Shown here: positions 33,747 through 43,119 of the stretch, in pieces | Position numbering within the stretch: position 1 is the first letter of the stretch | Layout: each line of letters starts with the position of its first letter | Source: a virus | Taxonomy: Duplodnaviria > Caudoviricetes | IMG/VR virus record: IMGVR_UViG_3300032093_000181 | Span: 1 to 54,292 of that record | Length of the DNA stretch: 54,292 nucleotides | Strand: one strand, 5' to 3' | Made by a program: the position numbers and the translations under genes | Notes under the pieces: model-generated | Told to the model about the DNA's origin: nothing | What the model saw: the letters and a program-made list of their open reading frames with translations, nothing else | The model's database searches: none

Positions 33747-36185
33747 ATGGCTACCAACATCGACCAAGCCCTCATGCCTTTCGACCCGATGCTCCTCACC
33801 GACGAGCCGGCCATCGAGATTGAAATTGAAGACCCGGAAGGCGTCAAGATAGGAATTGATGGCGTCGAAATCGATTTGATGCCGGAACCCGAGACCGCAG
33901 ATGATTTTGACGCAAACCTTGCGGAGTTCATGGACAAGAGTGAGATGCAGTCTCTTGCCTCAGAACTCGTTGATCTGGTGGACGCGGACATCAACAGTCG
34001 CAAAGACTGGACAGAGATGTTTGTCAAGGGACTGGAAGTCCTTGGCATGAAGTACGAAGAGCGCACCGAGCCTTGGTCTGGTGCTTGTGGCGTGTATTCG
34101 CCTCTCCTAACGGAGGCGGCGATACGGTTCCAGTCAGAAATGATCACGGAGACCTTCCCTGCTCAGGGGCCGGTCAAAACGCAGATCATTGGAGAGTCCA
34201 CCCGGCTAAACGAGGACGCGGCAGAGCGTGTTCGTGATGACATGAACTACATGCTGACCGAGCGGATGGTGGATTACCGCTCAGAGCATGAGCGGATGCT
34301 CTATAGCCTGGGTCTTGCGGGGGCGGCGTTTAAGAAGATCTACCCCAACCCAAGCACGGAACTGCCTGCTGCTCCGTTTGTGCCGGCTGAAGACTTGATC
34401 ATGCCCTATGGGGCAAGTAATGTTTACACCGCCGAGCGTGTCACGCATGTGATGCGTAAAACGGAGAACGAGATCAAGAAGCTGCAGGTCGCAGGGTTCT
34501 ACCGGGAGGTGGATCTGGGTGAGCCGACGCGCATCCTAACCGACGTTGAAAAGAAAAAGGCAGAAGAGCAAGGTTACTCCTTGACGGATGACGACCGGTA
34601 TCAGATCCTAGAGATCCATGTGGACTGGGATATGCCGGGGTACGAAGATGAAGTTCCGCTCCCGTATGTTGTTACGCTGGATCGTGGTACTCAGGAGATT
34701 CTGGCGATCCGCCGTAACTGGGACGAAGCGGACAAAAAGAAGCTCAAGCGACAGCACTTCGTCCAGTACACATATATTCCTGGCTTTGGTGCTTATGGTC
34801 TGGGCTATATCCATCTTATTGGTGGTTATGCTCGCGCTGGTACTTCCATCATCCGTCAGTTGGTGGATGCTGGAACCCTGTCCAACCTGCCCGGTGGTCT
34901 GAAAAGCCGGGGCCTGAGGATTAAGGGGGATGACACGCCCATCGCTCCGGGCGAGTTCCGTGACGTAGATGTGCCAAGCGGGTCGGTCAGGGACAACATC
35001 ATGCCCCTGCCGTACAAGGAGCCGAGCCAAGTTCTGGCTGCATTGCTCCAACAAATTACGGAAGACGGACGCAGGTTGGCTGCTATTGCTGACCTGAAGG
35101 TCTCGGACATGAGTGCCCAGGCTCCTGTGGGCACAACGCTGGCTATCCTTGAGCGCCAACTCAAGACGATGTCTGCTGTTCAGGCGCGTGTACACGCCAG
35201 CCTGCGGATGGAGTTCAAGCTGCTCAAGGAGATCATCCGCGACTTCCTGCCGCCTGACTACTCTTACACGCCTGAAGGCGGGGACCGTGCGGTCAAGCAG
35301 GCCGACTACGACCTTGTTGAGGTGATCCCGGTTAGCGATCCCAACGCAGCCACGATGGCGCAGCGGATCATGCAGTACCAAGCGGCACTGCAGTTGGCTC
35401 AAGGCGCTCCGCAGATCTACGACTTGCCGCAACTGCACCGACAGATGTTGGAAGTATTGGGGATTAAGAACGCAGAGAAGCTGGTGCCGATTGAAGATGA
35501 CCAGAAGCCGCGTGATCCTGTGTCAGAAAACATGAGTTTCCTGACTGGTAAACCCACCAAGGCGTTTATTTATCAGGACCATCAGGCGCATATCGCTACG
35601 CATATGTCGATGCTCCAAGACCCAACCATCATGCAAATGATGGGGCAGACGCCTATGGCGCAGCAGATGCAGGGTGCAATTTTGTCGCACATTGCTGAGC
35701 ACATGGCGTTTGCTTACCGGCAGCAGATCGAAGAGCAGCTTGGTGTTCCGATGACCGCGCCGGATCAGGAGCTTGATGAACAGACTGAAGTTCAGTTGTC
35801 CCGTCTGGTAGCCCAGGCAGCGCAGCAATTGCTGCAGGGCAACATGCAGAAGGCTCAACAGCAGCAAGCCCAGCAGATGGCGCAGAACCCTGAAGTGCAG
35901 ATGAAGCAGGCAGAACTGCAACTGAAGGCGCAAGAGCTTCAGCGCAAGGAAGCTGACAGCCAGCGGGACTTCCAAATCGCGCAGCAAAAGCTGCAGCTTG
36001 AACAAGCTCGACTGGCGCTAGATGCCCAAAAGAACCAAGGTGAAGACCCGAGACTCAAAGCGGCACGAGCACAGCAAGAACTTCAGCACAACGAGCAGAA
36101 GCATCAGCAGAAGATACGTCAGCAAATGCAGTCTGATGCGATGAAAGCCCGTCAGCAAATGCTGCGTCAACAACCTAAACAGTAA
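33747..36185 (+). CDS. Portal protein
   Basis: 812 aa right after terL, with a Gln-rich coiled-coil C-terminal barrel typical of podovirus portals. Confidence 0.85.
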   Translation: MATNIDQALMPFDPMLLTDEPAIEIEIEDPEGVKIGIDGVEIDLMPEPETADDFDANLAEFMDKSEMQSLASELVDLVDADINSRKDWTEMFVKGLEVLGMKYEERTEPWSGACGVYSPLLTEAAIRFQSEMITETFPAQGPVKTQIIGESTRLNEDAAERVRDDMNYMLTERMVDYRSEHERMLYSLGLAGAAFKKIYPNPSTELPAAPFVPAEDLIMPYGASNVYTAERVTHVMRKTENEIKKLQVAGFYREVDLGEPTRILTDVEKKKAEEQGYSLTDDDRYQILEIHVDWDMPGYEDEVPLPYVVTLDRGTQEILAIRRNWDEADKKKLKRQHFVQYTYIPGFGAYGLGYIHLIGGYARAGTSIIRQLVDAGTLSNLPGGLKSRGLRIKGDDTPIAPGEFRDVDVPSGSVRDNIMPLPYKEPSQVLAALLQQITEDGRRLAAIADLKVSDMSAQAPVGTTLAILERQLKTMSAVQARVHASLRMEFKLLKEIIRDFLPPDYSYTPEGGDRAVKQADYDLVEVIPVSDPNAATMAQRIMQYQAALQLAQGAPQIYDLPQLHRQMLEVLGIKNAEKLVPIEDDQKPRDPVSENMSFLTGKPTKAFIYQDHQAHIATHMSMLQDPTIMQMMGQTPMAQQMQGAILSHIAEHMAFAYRQQIEEQLGVPMTAPDQELDEQTEVQLSRLVAQAAQQLLQGNMQKAQQQQAQQMAQNPEVQMKQAELQLKAQELQRKEADSQRDFQIAQQKLQLEQARLALDAQKNQGEDPRLKAARAQQELQHNEQKHQQKIRQQMQSDAMKARQQMLRQQPKQ

Positions 36186-36194
36186 GGAACAAAC

Positions 36195-36389
36195 ATGGCG
36201 ACTACTGCGTTTACCGTAGTCATTAAAGAACTAGAGGAGCGCCGGGAGTCCATCGCCGCAGCGCTTGTCTCAGGATCGGCAAAAGACTTTGCTGAATACA
36301 AATTCATGACGGGTGAGGTCCAGGGTCTCTCACGCGCTCATGCTTTTATAACCGACCTTGTGCGAAAGATGGAAAACGACGATGAGTGA
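36195..36389 (+). CDS. Small head-module protein
   Basis: 64 aa; AAGGA RBS. Confidence 0.7.
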   Translation: MATTAFTVVIKELEERRESIAAALVSGSAKDFAEYKFMTGEVQGLSRAHAFITDLVRKMENDDE

Positions 36390-36780
36390 ACTACTCCTGA
36401 GTGACGGTGAAAACACCACGGTGTTGCCGCAAACCGAAGCTGAAAAGGCCCGTCAGGTGCCTGACCCGGTGACATATCACTTGCTTTGTGTTCTGCCAAA
36501 AGCGGAAGAAGAGTATGAGAGCGGGCTTGCCAAGGCGGGCCAGACCATGCACTTTGAAGAGGTGATGAGCCCGGTGTTGTTTGTCGCCAAGATGGGGCCA
36601 GACTGCTACAAAGATCCGCTGCGCTTTCCCAGTGGGCCTTCATGCAAGGTGGGCGATTTTGTCCTTGTGCGCCCCAACACGGGTACGCGCCTGAAGATTC
36701 ACGGGCAAGAGTTCCGTTTGATCAACGATGACAGCGTCGAGGCGGTTGTACAAGACCCCCGTGGCATCAAGCGCGGCTAA
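36382..36780 (+). CDS. groES: GroES-like co-chaperonin
   Basis: P..Y..L....EE..ESGL...V.KMGPD...KVGDFVL....GT...HG.EFRLINDDSVEAVV follows the Cpn10 pattern. Confidence 0.75.
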   Translation: MSELLLSDGENTTVLPQTEAEKARQVPDPVTYHLLCVLPKAEEEYESGLAKAGQTMHFEEVMSPVLFVAKMGPDCYKDPLRFPSGPSCKVGDFVLVRPNTGTRLKIHGQEFRLINDDSVEAVVQDPRGIKRG

Positions 36781-36790
36781 GGAGTAACTC

Positions 36791-37735
36791 ATGGCAAATG
36801 TACAGAACGACGAATTCAAGTTCCCTGACGAGACTCCTGTAGCCACCTCTGAAGAGAAGGTGGAGTATGAAGTTGAATCAGGGCCTGAGATTGAGGTTGT
36901 AGACGACACGCCCACAGCGGACAAGGGCCGCAAGCCCATGAAGGAGGCCCCGGCAGAGGTCACCGACGACGAGCTTGAGCAGTATTCCGAAGGCGTTAAG
37001 AAGCGCATCCAGCATTTCTCTAAGGGTTATCACGAGGAGCGCAGGGCCAAGGAAGCGGCTTTCCGGGAGCGCGAAGAGGCACTGCGCCTTGCTCAAGCGC
37101 TGGTTGAAGAGAACAAAAAGCTTCAAGGTAGCCTGGGTCAGGGCCAACAAGTATTGCTTGAGCAAGCCAAGAAGGTTGTTGCCAACGAGGTAGAGCAGGC
37201 CAAGCAGAAGTACAAGCAGGCATATGAATCAGGAGATTCGGACGCCCTTGTTTCTGCGCAAGAAGAGTTAACGTCAGCAAAAATACGTGCTGAACGGGTA
37301 AACAATTTCAAGCCGCAAGTTGCACAGTCTCAAGAAACTGTGATACAACCCGCTCCACGACCTGTTGAACAACCGGTACAAGTCGATACCAGAGCCCGTG
37401 CGTGGCAAGATGCCAATCCGTGGTTTGGGTCAGACGACGAAATGACCGCAGTTGCTTTGACAGTTCACAAAAAACTTGTTGAAAGCGGGGTGGATACAGC
37501 CAGCGATGAGTACTACGAGAAGATTAACTCTCGTGTACGGCAAATTTTCCCAGATGCGTTCTCCTCGGGAAAGACAGCAAAAAAGTCGTCAGTTGTAGCA
37601 CCAGCAACACGCAGCACAGCGCCCAGAAAGATCGTGCTGACACAATCACAAGTCAATATCGCCAAGCGTCTTGGGGTTCCTTTGGAAGCCTATGCGCGTC
37701 AGGTTGCGGAAGATATGAGGAAACAAAATGGCTGA
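36791..37735 (+). CDS. Putative capsid scaffolding protein
   Basis: Acidic N-terminus, long coiled coil, C-terminal LTQSQVNIAKRLGVPLEAYA; located between portal and capsid genes. Confidence 0.7.
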   Translation: MANVQNDEFKFPDETPVATSEEKVEYEVESGPEIEVVDDTPTADKGRKPMKEAPAEVTDDELEQYSEGVKKRIQHFSKGYHEERRAKEAAFREREEALRLAQALVEENKKLQGSLGQGQQVLLEQAKKVVANEVEQAKQKYKQAYESGDSDALVSAQEELTSAKIRAERVNNFKPQVAQSQETVIQPAPRPVEQPVQVDTRARAWQDANPWFGSDDEMTAVALTVHKKLVESGVDTASDEYYEKINSRVRQIFPDAFSSGKTAKKSSVVAPATRSTAPRKIVLTQSQVNIAKRLGVPLEAYARQVAEDMRKQNG

Positions 37736-38177
37736 GAACCGAATTTCACGCGAAGCAGATTCCCGAGCAAAGGCTGAGAGGCCCAAGCAGTGGATGCCGC
37801 CGCAGTTGCTTCCTGATGTGAACCCAGAGCCTGGATACTCCATGCGATGGATTCGTGTCAGCACTCTCGGTGTTGATGATCCTCGTAATGTCTCCGTCAA
37901 GCTGCAAGAGGGCTGGGAGCCCGTTAAAGCTAGCGACCATCCAGAAGCGCATGTGTCAGGAGGCGGCGCGGGCCGGTTCCCAGACAGCATTCAAATCGGT
38001 GGCTTGATGCTTTGCAAAACACCTTCGGAGTTCATTGAGCAGCGTTCTACCTACTTCCAGCGTCAAGCTGACGGGCAGATGCAATCAGTGGACAACAACT
38101 TCATGCGCGAGAATGATCCTCGGATGCCTCTGTTTAAGGAGCGCCGCTCGGAGGTTTCGTTCGGACGCGGCTCGTAA
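37728..38177 (+). CDS. Head-module protein
   Basis: 149 aa (RWIR..EGWEPV..GGLMLCK). Confidence 0.7.
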   Translation: MAENRISREADSRAKAERPKQWMPPQLLPDVNPEPGYSMRWIRVSTLGVDDPRNVSVKLQEGWEPVKASDHPEAHVSGGGAGRFPDSIQIGGLMLCKTPSEFIEQRSTYFQRQADGQMQSVDNNFMRENDPRMPLFKERRSEVSFGRGS

Positions 38178-38193
38178 ATTCAAGGAGTCTTAA

Positions 38194-39048
38194 ATGGCTT
38201 ACCCTACCGTAGAAGGACCGTACGGTCTAATTCCGGTTAACCTGATTGGTGGTCAGGTCTTCGCGGGTTCCACGCGAATGATCCCGATTGCTAGCGGGTA
38301 TACCTCTTCCCTGTACTTTGGTGACCCCGTAAAGTTCACCTCTGACGGTACGCTGATCACTTCTGGTCTGGCGTACAACTCTGCTGCGGCAGAAACTGGC
38401 GGTACGCTGGGCGTCTTCCTGGGTTGTGAATACACCCCGGCTGGCGGTCCTCTGTTTGGCAAGCAACGCTATCAAAGCTGGGCTGCTAACACCGTTGCTC
38501 CTGATGCTGTGGCCTACGTCAGCGATGACCCGGACATTGTCATCAAGGCTGCGATCATCCAGTACAACGCTTCTGGCACCCCTGTGCTGGGCTGCGTACC
38601 CGCTGCTGCTCTGGGCACGAACCTGACTTCGATGGCTACCGCCACCGCAAACACGGGTTCGGGTTCCAACTTCAGCGGCAACTCCAACGTCGGTCTGATG
38701 CTGGCTTCGGGCAACGTGCGCCGCACGGCTACCGCTCCGTTCCGTATCGTTCAGATGGTTCCGGAGACCCAGTTGCTGGTGACGCAGACCGCTACCACTG
38801 GTAACGCAAGCACCTCGGTGACGCTGGCCGCTGCAAACGCTTCGATCAAGACCGGCATGCTGGTCACGGGTCTGAACGTCCAAGCCGGTACGTTTGTGGC
38901 GGCTGTCAGTGGCACTACGGTGACGCTGTCGCAAGCTACTGCTGCTACCACCGGGCAAACGGGTACTCTCACCTTCAACGGCTTCCAAGAGGTGCTGGTG
39001 AAGTGGAATGCCGGTTACCACGCCTATGATGTCGCAGTTGCGATCTAA
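38194..39048 (+). CDS. Putative capsid decoration/minor capsid protein
   Basis: Directly upstream of the MCP, strong AAGGAG RBS, beta-rich with a Thr/Ala-rich insert. Confidence 0.6.
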   Translation: MAYPTVEGPYGLIPVNLIGGQVFAGSTRMIPIASGYTSSLYFGDPVKFTSDGTLITSGLAYNSAAAETGGTLGVFLGCEYTPAGGPLFGKQRYQSWAANTVAPDAVAYVSDDPDIVIKAAIIQYNASGTPVLGCVPAAALGTNLTSMATATANTGSGSNFSGNSNVGLMLASGNVRRTATAPFRIVQMVPETQLLVTQTATTGNASTSVTLAAANASIKTGMLVTGLNVQAGTFVAAVSGTTVTLSQATAATTGQTGTLTFNGFQEVLVKWNAGYHAYDVAVAI

Positions 39049-39061
39049 GGAGTAACACAAA

Positions 39062-39970
39062 ATGGCAATTTCACGCGCCCAACTACTCAAGGAACTGCTC
39101 CCTGGTCTGAACGCTCTGTTCGGTATGGAGTACAAGCGCTACGGCGAAGAGCACAAGGAAATCTACGAGACCGAGTCCTCAGAGCGCTCGTTCGAAGAAG
39201 AAACCAAGCTCTCCGGCTTCAGCGCTGCTCCGGTGAAGAACGAAGGTCAAGCAATTTCCTACGACAACGCGCAGGAAGCCTGGACCGCTCGTTACAACCA
39301 CGAGACCATCGCTATGGGTTTCTCCGTCACCGAAGAGGCGATGGAAGACAACCTGTACGACAGTCTGTCGGCCCGCTACACGAAGGCCCTGGCTCGCGCT
39401 ATGGCTTACACGAAGCAGGTCAAAGCTGCTGCCATCCTGAACAACGGTTTCAACAGCGCTGTTACCTACGGCGACGGACAAGCCCTGTTCTCGACCGCTC
39501 ACCCGCTGGTCTCTGGTGGCACCAACAGCAACCGCCCGACGACCGCCGCCGACCTGAACGAGACTTCCCTGGAAGCCGCCGTCATTCAGATCGCTGGTTG
39601 GACGGATGAGCGTGGTCTGCTGATCGCTGCTAAGCCGCGTAAGCTGGTTGTTCCCCCGGCCCTGATGTTCACGGCAACCCGCCTGCTGGAAACCAGCCTG
39701 CGTGTGGGCACCGCCGACAACGACATCAACGCACTGAAGAACAACGGTTCTATCCCTGAGGGATATACCGTTAACCACTTCTTGACCGACACCAATGCGT
39801 GGTTCCTGACCACGGATGTGCCCAACGGTCTGAAGCACTTCGTGCGCGTGCCTATGGCTACGTCAATGGATGCCGACTTCGACACGGGCAACGCTCGTTA
39901 CAAGGCACGAGAGCGGTATTCGTTCGGAGTGAGCGACCCGTTGGGCATCTACGGGTCTCCCGGAGCCTAA
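39062..39970 (+). CDS. Major capsid protein (Mu gpT-like, HK97 fold)
   Basis: MAISRAQLLKELLPGLNALFG...DGQALFSTAHP...KLVVPPAL...YKARERYSFG. Biased codon usage, followed by a terminator. Confidence 0.9.
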   Translation: MAISRAQLLKELLPGLNALFGMEYKRYGEEHKEIYETESSERSFEEETKLSGFSAAPVKNEGQAISYDNAQEAWTARYNHETIAMGFSVTEEAMEDNLYDSLSARYTKALARAMAYTKQVKAAAILNNGFNSAVTYGDGQALFSTAHPLVSGGTNSNRPTTAADLNETSLEAAVIQIAGWTDERGLLIAAKPRKLVVPPALMFTATRLLETSLRVGTADNDINALKNNGSIPEGYTVNHFLTDTNAWFLTTDVPNGLKHFVRVPMATSMDADFDTGNARYKARERYSFGVSDPLGIYGSPGA

Positions 39971-39998
39971 GCAAAAAGTCCTTGTAAATCAAGCACTT

Positions 39999-40025
39999 AA
40001 GGCCCCTTCGGGGGCCTTTTCTTTT
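39999..40025 (+). terminator. Rho-independent terminator after the MCP
   Basis: AAGGCCCC-TTCG-GGGGCCTT followed by TTCTTTT. Confidence 0.9.
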
Positions 40026-40030
40026 GTCCG

Positions 40031-40059
40031 TTGACTTTGCCTTGTACCACTGGTACATT
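40031..40059 (+). promoter_or_regulatory. sigma70-type promoter of the GIY-YIG gene
   Basis: TTGACT-17 nt-TACATT. Confidence 0.65.
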
Positions 40060-40092
40060 AAGGTCTAGGCTTTGTACCGTAAGGAGCGGACC

Positions 40093-40932
40093 TTGACACA
40101 GGTAATCTACAAGATCGTTAATTTGGTCAACGACAAGTTTTACGTTGGAAGCACGATCCACAAGAAGGTTCGATTTCGTCAACATCGAAAATTGTTGCGC
40201 GGTAATCGGCACCACTGCAAACACCTTCAGGCGGCGTGGAATAAGTATGGAGAGGAGAAGTTTGACTTCCGTGTGGTTGAAGAAGTTCCTGACGCTGTGT
40301 CTTTGCAAGGAGTAGAAGATCGTTGGCTTAAAGAGCATGTTGGGCAAACATACTGCTACAACACTGGGCACTCTTCTGCAGCACCGTGGCGAAACGCGCC
40401 CGCGTATAAAACACCAAACTTTGGTAAAACGGTTTCTGAAGAACAGCGACAACAAATCTCCCAGACGTTAAAAGACTTCTACGCTCAGGACTACTTTAAT
40501 CATCCTCGTGTTGGCAAGCAGCACACAGAAGAAACCAAAGCCAAAATTAGTGTAGCCAAGATGGCAAATCCTGTCGCTCCTTGGGAAGGCCGGCAGCGTA
40601 GCGAAGAAACCAAAGCCAAAATTGGCGACACCCAACGCGGCAAGCCCAAAGGCCCAGGCCGGAAAGTTTCAGAAGAAGGTCGCGCCAAGATCCGCGCAAA
40701 CATTGAAGCAGGGCGCAGTCATATGCACTGGCTTGGCAGAACTCACACAGAAGAAGCCAAGGAGAAGATGCGCAAGAAAGTTTTGGAGCAAACCTCTGGG
40801 CAAATTTTTGACAGCTTGACTGCTGTGCTGACGCACTACCAAATGACAATGCCCACACTGCGCCGCGCTCTGCTCTCTGGTAAACCAATTGGCAAGGGCA
40901 AATTTACTGGGCTGGTGTTTGTTTACGCTTGA
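40093..40932 (+). CDS. Free-standing GIY-YIG homing endonuclease with NUMOD3-like repeats
   Basis: VIYKIVNLVNDKFYVGST..R..H, HLQAAWNKYG, repeated HTEETKAKIS / RSEETKAKIG. TTG start 6 nt after AAGGAG. Confidence 0.9.
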   Translation: MTQVIYKIVNLVNDKFYVGSTIHKKVRFRQHRKLLRGNRHHCKHLQAAWNKYGEEKFDFRVVEEVPDAVSLQGVEDRWLKEHVGQTYCYNTGHSSAAPWRNAPAYKTPNFGKTVSEEQRQQISQTLKDFYAQDYFNHPRVGKQHTEETKAKISVAKMANPVAPWEGRQRSEETKAKIGDTQRGKPKGPGRKVSEEGRAKIRANIEAGRSHMHWLGRTHTEEAKEKMRKKVLEQTSGQIFDSLTAVLTHYQMTMPTLRRALLSGKPIGKGKFTGLVFVYA

Positions 40933-40957
40933 CCCAGTTTCAACACTATGCTACCCT
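40929..40957 (+). promoter_or_regulatory. Possible promoter upstream of the structured RNA
   Basis: TTGACC-17 nt-TACCCT with an extended -10 TG. Confidence 0.4.
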
Positions 40958-40963
40958 GCTCAC

Positions 40964-41036
40964 AGTCCAAGATTCACCTTGCCTGCTGACCGACTTGGCG
41001 GACTGACCTCACAGACAGCAGGCGCAAACTGAGGAG
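40964..41036 (+). ncRNA. Structured cis-regulatory RNA, probably the Mu-gpT-DE (Mu-like gpT downstream element) motif
   Basis: Pairings GCCTGCTG(40981-88)/CAGCAGGC(41016-23), CCAAG(40967-71)/CTTGG(40994-98) and CCTCA(41007-11)/TGAGG(41030-34). Lies downstream of a gpT-like MCP. Family assignment is from recall of context, not a search. Confidence 0.55.
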
Positions 41037-41042
41037 CCTCTC

Positions 41043-41402
41043 ATGGCAAATACCAGCTTTAACGGCCCGGTGCGGTCGCAAAACGGTTTCCAAACTATCT
41101 CTGTTGACGCCACGACCGGCGCGGTCACCACGACGGCTACCATTGGCCCCGCCACGGTGGTTGATTCTGTTGCTGCTACCGGCAACGTCACCGCTGATAG
41201 CGGCACTGCTCCTGCTGCAGGCGGCATGGCTGCGTTCCTGGCTTCGTCCACGGCCAACTTTGGCATCTTCGTGGGTTCTGGTGCGCCGAGCATTACTGCT
41301 GCTCAAGGGTCTCTGTACCTGCGCACGGATGGCACAACCACCAACGACCGCCTGTATGTGCGCGGCTCGTCTGCTTGGATTGCTGTTACCACCGCTACCT
41401 AA
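41043..41402 (+). CDS. Virion structural protein
   Basis: MANTSFNGPVRS..; GSGAP..A.QGSLYLRTDG motif found in fibre/decoration proteins. Confidence 0.7.
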   Translation: MANTSFNGPVRSQNGFQTISVDATTGAVTTTATIGPATVVDSVAATGNVTADSGTAPAAGGMAAFLASSTANFGIFVGSGAPSITAAQGSLYLRTDGTTTNDRLYVRGSSAWIAVTTAT

Positions 41403-41414
41403 TAGGAGCGCATC

Positions 41415-41693
41415 ATGTCGATGCAAACCGACGTTAAGTCAGCCGCCTGTGCGGCTGGCGCGGCAACAGCAGTCACGGCTAATCGGACTCGTCTCAAGGC
41501 GTTGACGATCAGCTACACCACCAGCGGTACGGTGTCTGTAACGAACGGGATCAGTGTCACGCTGTTTTCGTTTACGGCACCTGCTGCTGTGGGCGCTATC
41601 CACATCATCATTCCCGGCGAAGGCATCCTTGCTGAACAAGGTTTGACGGTGACCTGTGGAGCCAGCACCACTGCTGTGGCTTACTATGGCTAA
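41415..41693 (+). CDS. Small virion protein
   Basis: 92 aa, beta-rich, IPGEGIL motif; AGGAG RBS. Confidence 0.65.
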   Translation: MSMQTDVKSAACAAGAATAVTANRTRLKALTISYTTSGTVSVTNGISVTLFSFTAPAAVGAIHIIIPGEGILAEQGLTVTCGASTTAVAYYG

Positions 41694-41931
41694 GTCGCCT
41701 GCATGGACGCGGAAGGAAGGCAAGAACCCCAAAGGGGGTTTGAATGCCAAGGGCCGTGCATCTGCTAAAGCGCAGGGCATGAACCTCAAGCCTCCGCAGC
41801 CTGAAGGTGGCTCTCGCCGTGACTCATTCTGTGCCCGGATGTCGGGCATGAAGAAGAAGCTCACCAGCGAGAAAACAGCCAAAGATCCGAATTCCCGTAT
41901 CAACAAAAGCCTGCGGGCATGGAATTGCTGA
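41686..41931 (+). CDS. Small basic protein (DUF6321-like)
   Basis: MAKSPAWTRKEGKNPKGGLNAKGRAS...RRDSFCARM...SRINKSLRAWNC. Confidence 0.7.
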   Translation: MAKSPAWTRKEGKNPKGGLNAKGRASAKAQGMNLKPPQPEGGSRRDSFCARMSGMKKKLTSEKTAKDPNSRINKSLRAWNC

Positions 41932-41941
41932 GTGGTAGGCG

Positions 41942-42196
41942 ATGGAAGCGACGGTATTGTGGAACCTCGTCCTGACTGTCCTTTTGGGCGCAGTGGCATT
42001 CTTCATGTCATCCAAGTTCAAGGAGCTTGATAGATTGTCTATCCTGCTCAACCGCACACGGGAAGAGATTGCCCGAGATCACATCACGCGGTCTGAATTT
42101 CGGGCGGACATGAAAGAGTTGTTAGAGCGCTTTGACAGGATAGAGGCCAAACTGGATACTCTGCGGAGTAAACAAAGTGCCGGTCAAGTCGGATAA
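41942..42196 (+). CDS. Small membrane protein (N-terminal TM helix plus coiled coil)
   Basis: VLWNLVLTVLLGAVAFFM followed by a charged helix. Confidence 0.65.
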   Translation: MEATVLWNLVLTVLLGAVAFFMSSKFKELDRLSILLNRTREEIARDHITRSEFRADMKELLERFDRIEAKLDTLRSKQSAGQVG

Positions 42197-42560
42197 ACAA
42201 CGTCGGTTCATGTATGCGTCTCTCGCTGGCAAGACGGATGTCCCGCCGAGCGTAGCGAAGAAGTTTGTCGGGCCTAAAGCCCATGCCGAAGGAGGCGAAA
42301 TTATGCGTTCTACTGGAATTGGCGGACCAACCGCCCAAGAGATGCAGGCGTATCACGCCTCACGTAAACCCAAGGATAAGCCCCCTGCTGGCATCCGCGC
42401 TGAGTTGGATGCCATGAAGCAGGAAAAGGCAAATGAGGCTGGTATGAAAGCTCATGAGGGCCGCAAGCTTGCCAAGGGGGGTTCTTGCTACGTCTCCGGC
42501 GGTTCTGTTAAGGGTGCAGGCTGCGCCCAACGTGGCGTAAGAAAGTGCAAGGTGGTGTGA
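42177..42560 (+). CDS. Small basic protein with xxGG and C-terminal GxGCAxRG motifs
   Basis: MPVKSDKQRRFM; HAEGG; LAKGG; KGAGCAQRG. Confidence 0.65.
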   Translation: MPVKSDKQRRFMYASLAGKTDVPPSVAKKFVGPKAHAEGGEIMRSTGIGGPTAQEMQAYHASRKPKDKPPAGIRAELDAMKQEKANEAGMKAHEGRKLAKGGSCYVSGGSVKGAGCAQRGVRKCKVV

Positions 42561-42561
42561 C

Positions 42562-43119
42562 ATGAAGAAGCGTAAATTCCGCTACGACGAAGGTGGCGAA
42601 GTCAATTACGGCGAGGACGAGCGTCCCGCAGCCACGGGCATGTCTGAGGCAGCGGAGTTGATGCCGGAAAAGCCCAAGCCCAAGCCTGCTCCGAAGCCTA
42701 AACCCAAAGCTGCTTCTCCCTCTCCAAGCCCCTCTCCTAGCCCCGCGCCATCTCCTTCGCCCCAACGTGTTGAAGTAACGGGTAAGCGTCTTCCTAAAGA
42801 CGACGAATCCAAGTCTGTTTCTGAGCGCATGAAAGCTGCGCGGGAGCGGGCAAGGGCTGGTGGCACCAGCACTGACGACCGTTCTGTCACTGAACGTATG
42901 GGTGGCTCTGAGCGCAAGAGTTCTTCCGGCTCTACGGATACCCGCTCTATTTCTGACCGCATGAAGGCCATGCGCGAGAGCGCGAGGTCTAGCAGCACCG
43001 GCACCGATACTCGCTCGGTTGGTGAGCGCATTCGTGGGGCTCTGGGCTTCGCCAAAGGCGGCGTAACCCGCGCTGATGGCTGCGCTAAGAAGGGCCACAC
43101 CAAGGGGAAGATGCGGTGA
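42562..43119 (+). CDS. Basic Pro/Ser-rich repeat protein with xxGG motifs
   Basis: YDEGG, PK/PS repeats, four (K/R)S(V/I)x(E/D)R(M/I) repeats, FAKGGVTRADGCAKKG. Confidence 0.65.
   Translation: MKKRKFRYDEGGEVNYGEDERPAATGMSEAAELMPEKPKPKPAPKPKPKAASPSPSPSPSPAPSPSPQRVEVTGKRLPKDDESKSVSERMKAARERARAGGTSTDDRSVTERMGGSERKSSSGSTDTRSISDRMKAMRESARSSSTGTDTRSVGERIRGALGFAKGGVTRADGCAKKGHTKGKMR

Noticed and set aside
37320-37349. Internal promoter TTGCAC-18-TACAAC within the scaffold gene
   Set aside because: Plausible, but the match is weak and lies in coding sequence. It cannot be supported without TSS data.
39971-41042. Group I intron around the GIY-YIG gene
   Set aside because: Flanking genes are intact, the flanks are too short for a ribozyme core, and they are explained by terminator, promoter and leader elements.
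41942-42196. Holin call for the small TM protein
   Set aside because: A single TM helix and no adjacent endolysin in the window are not enough support.
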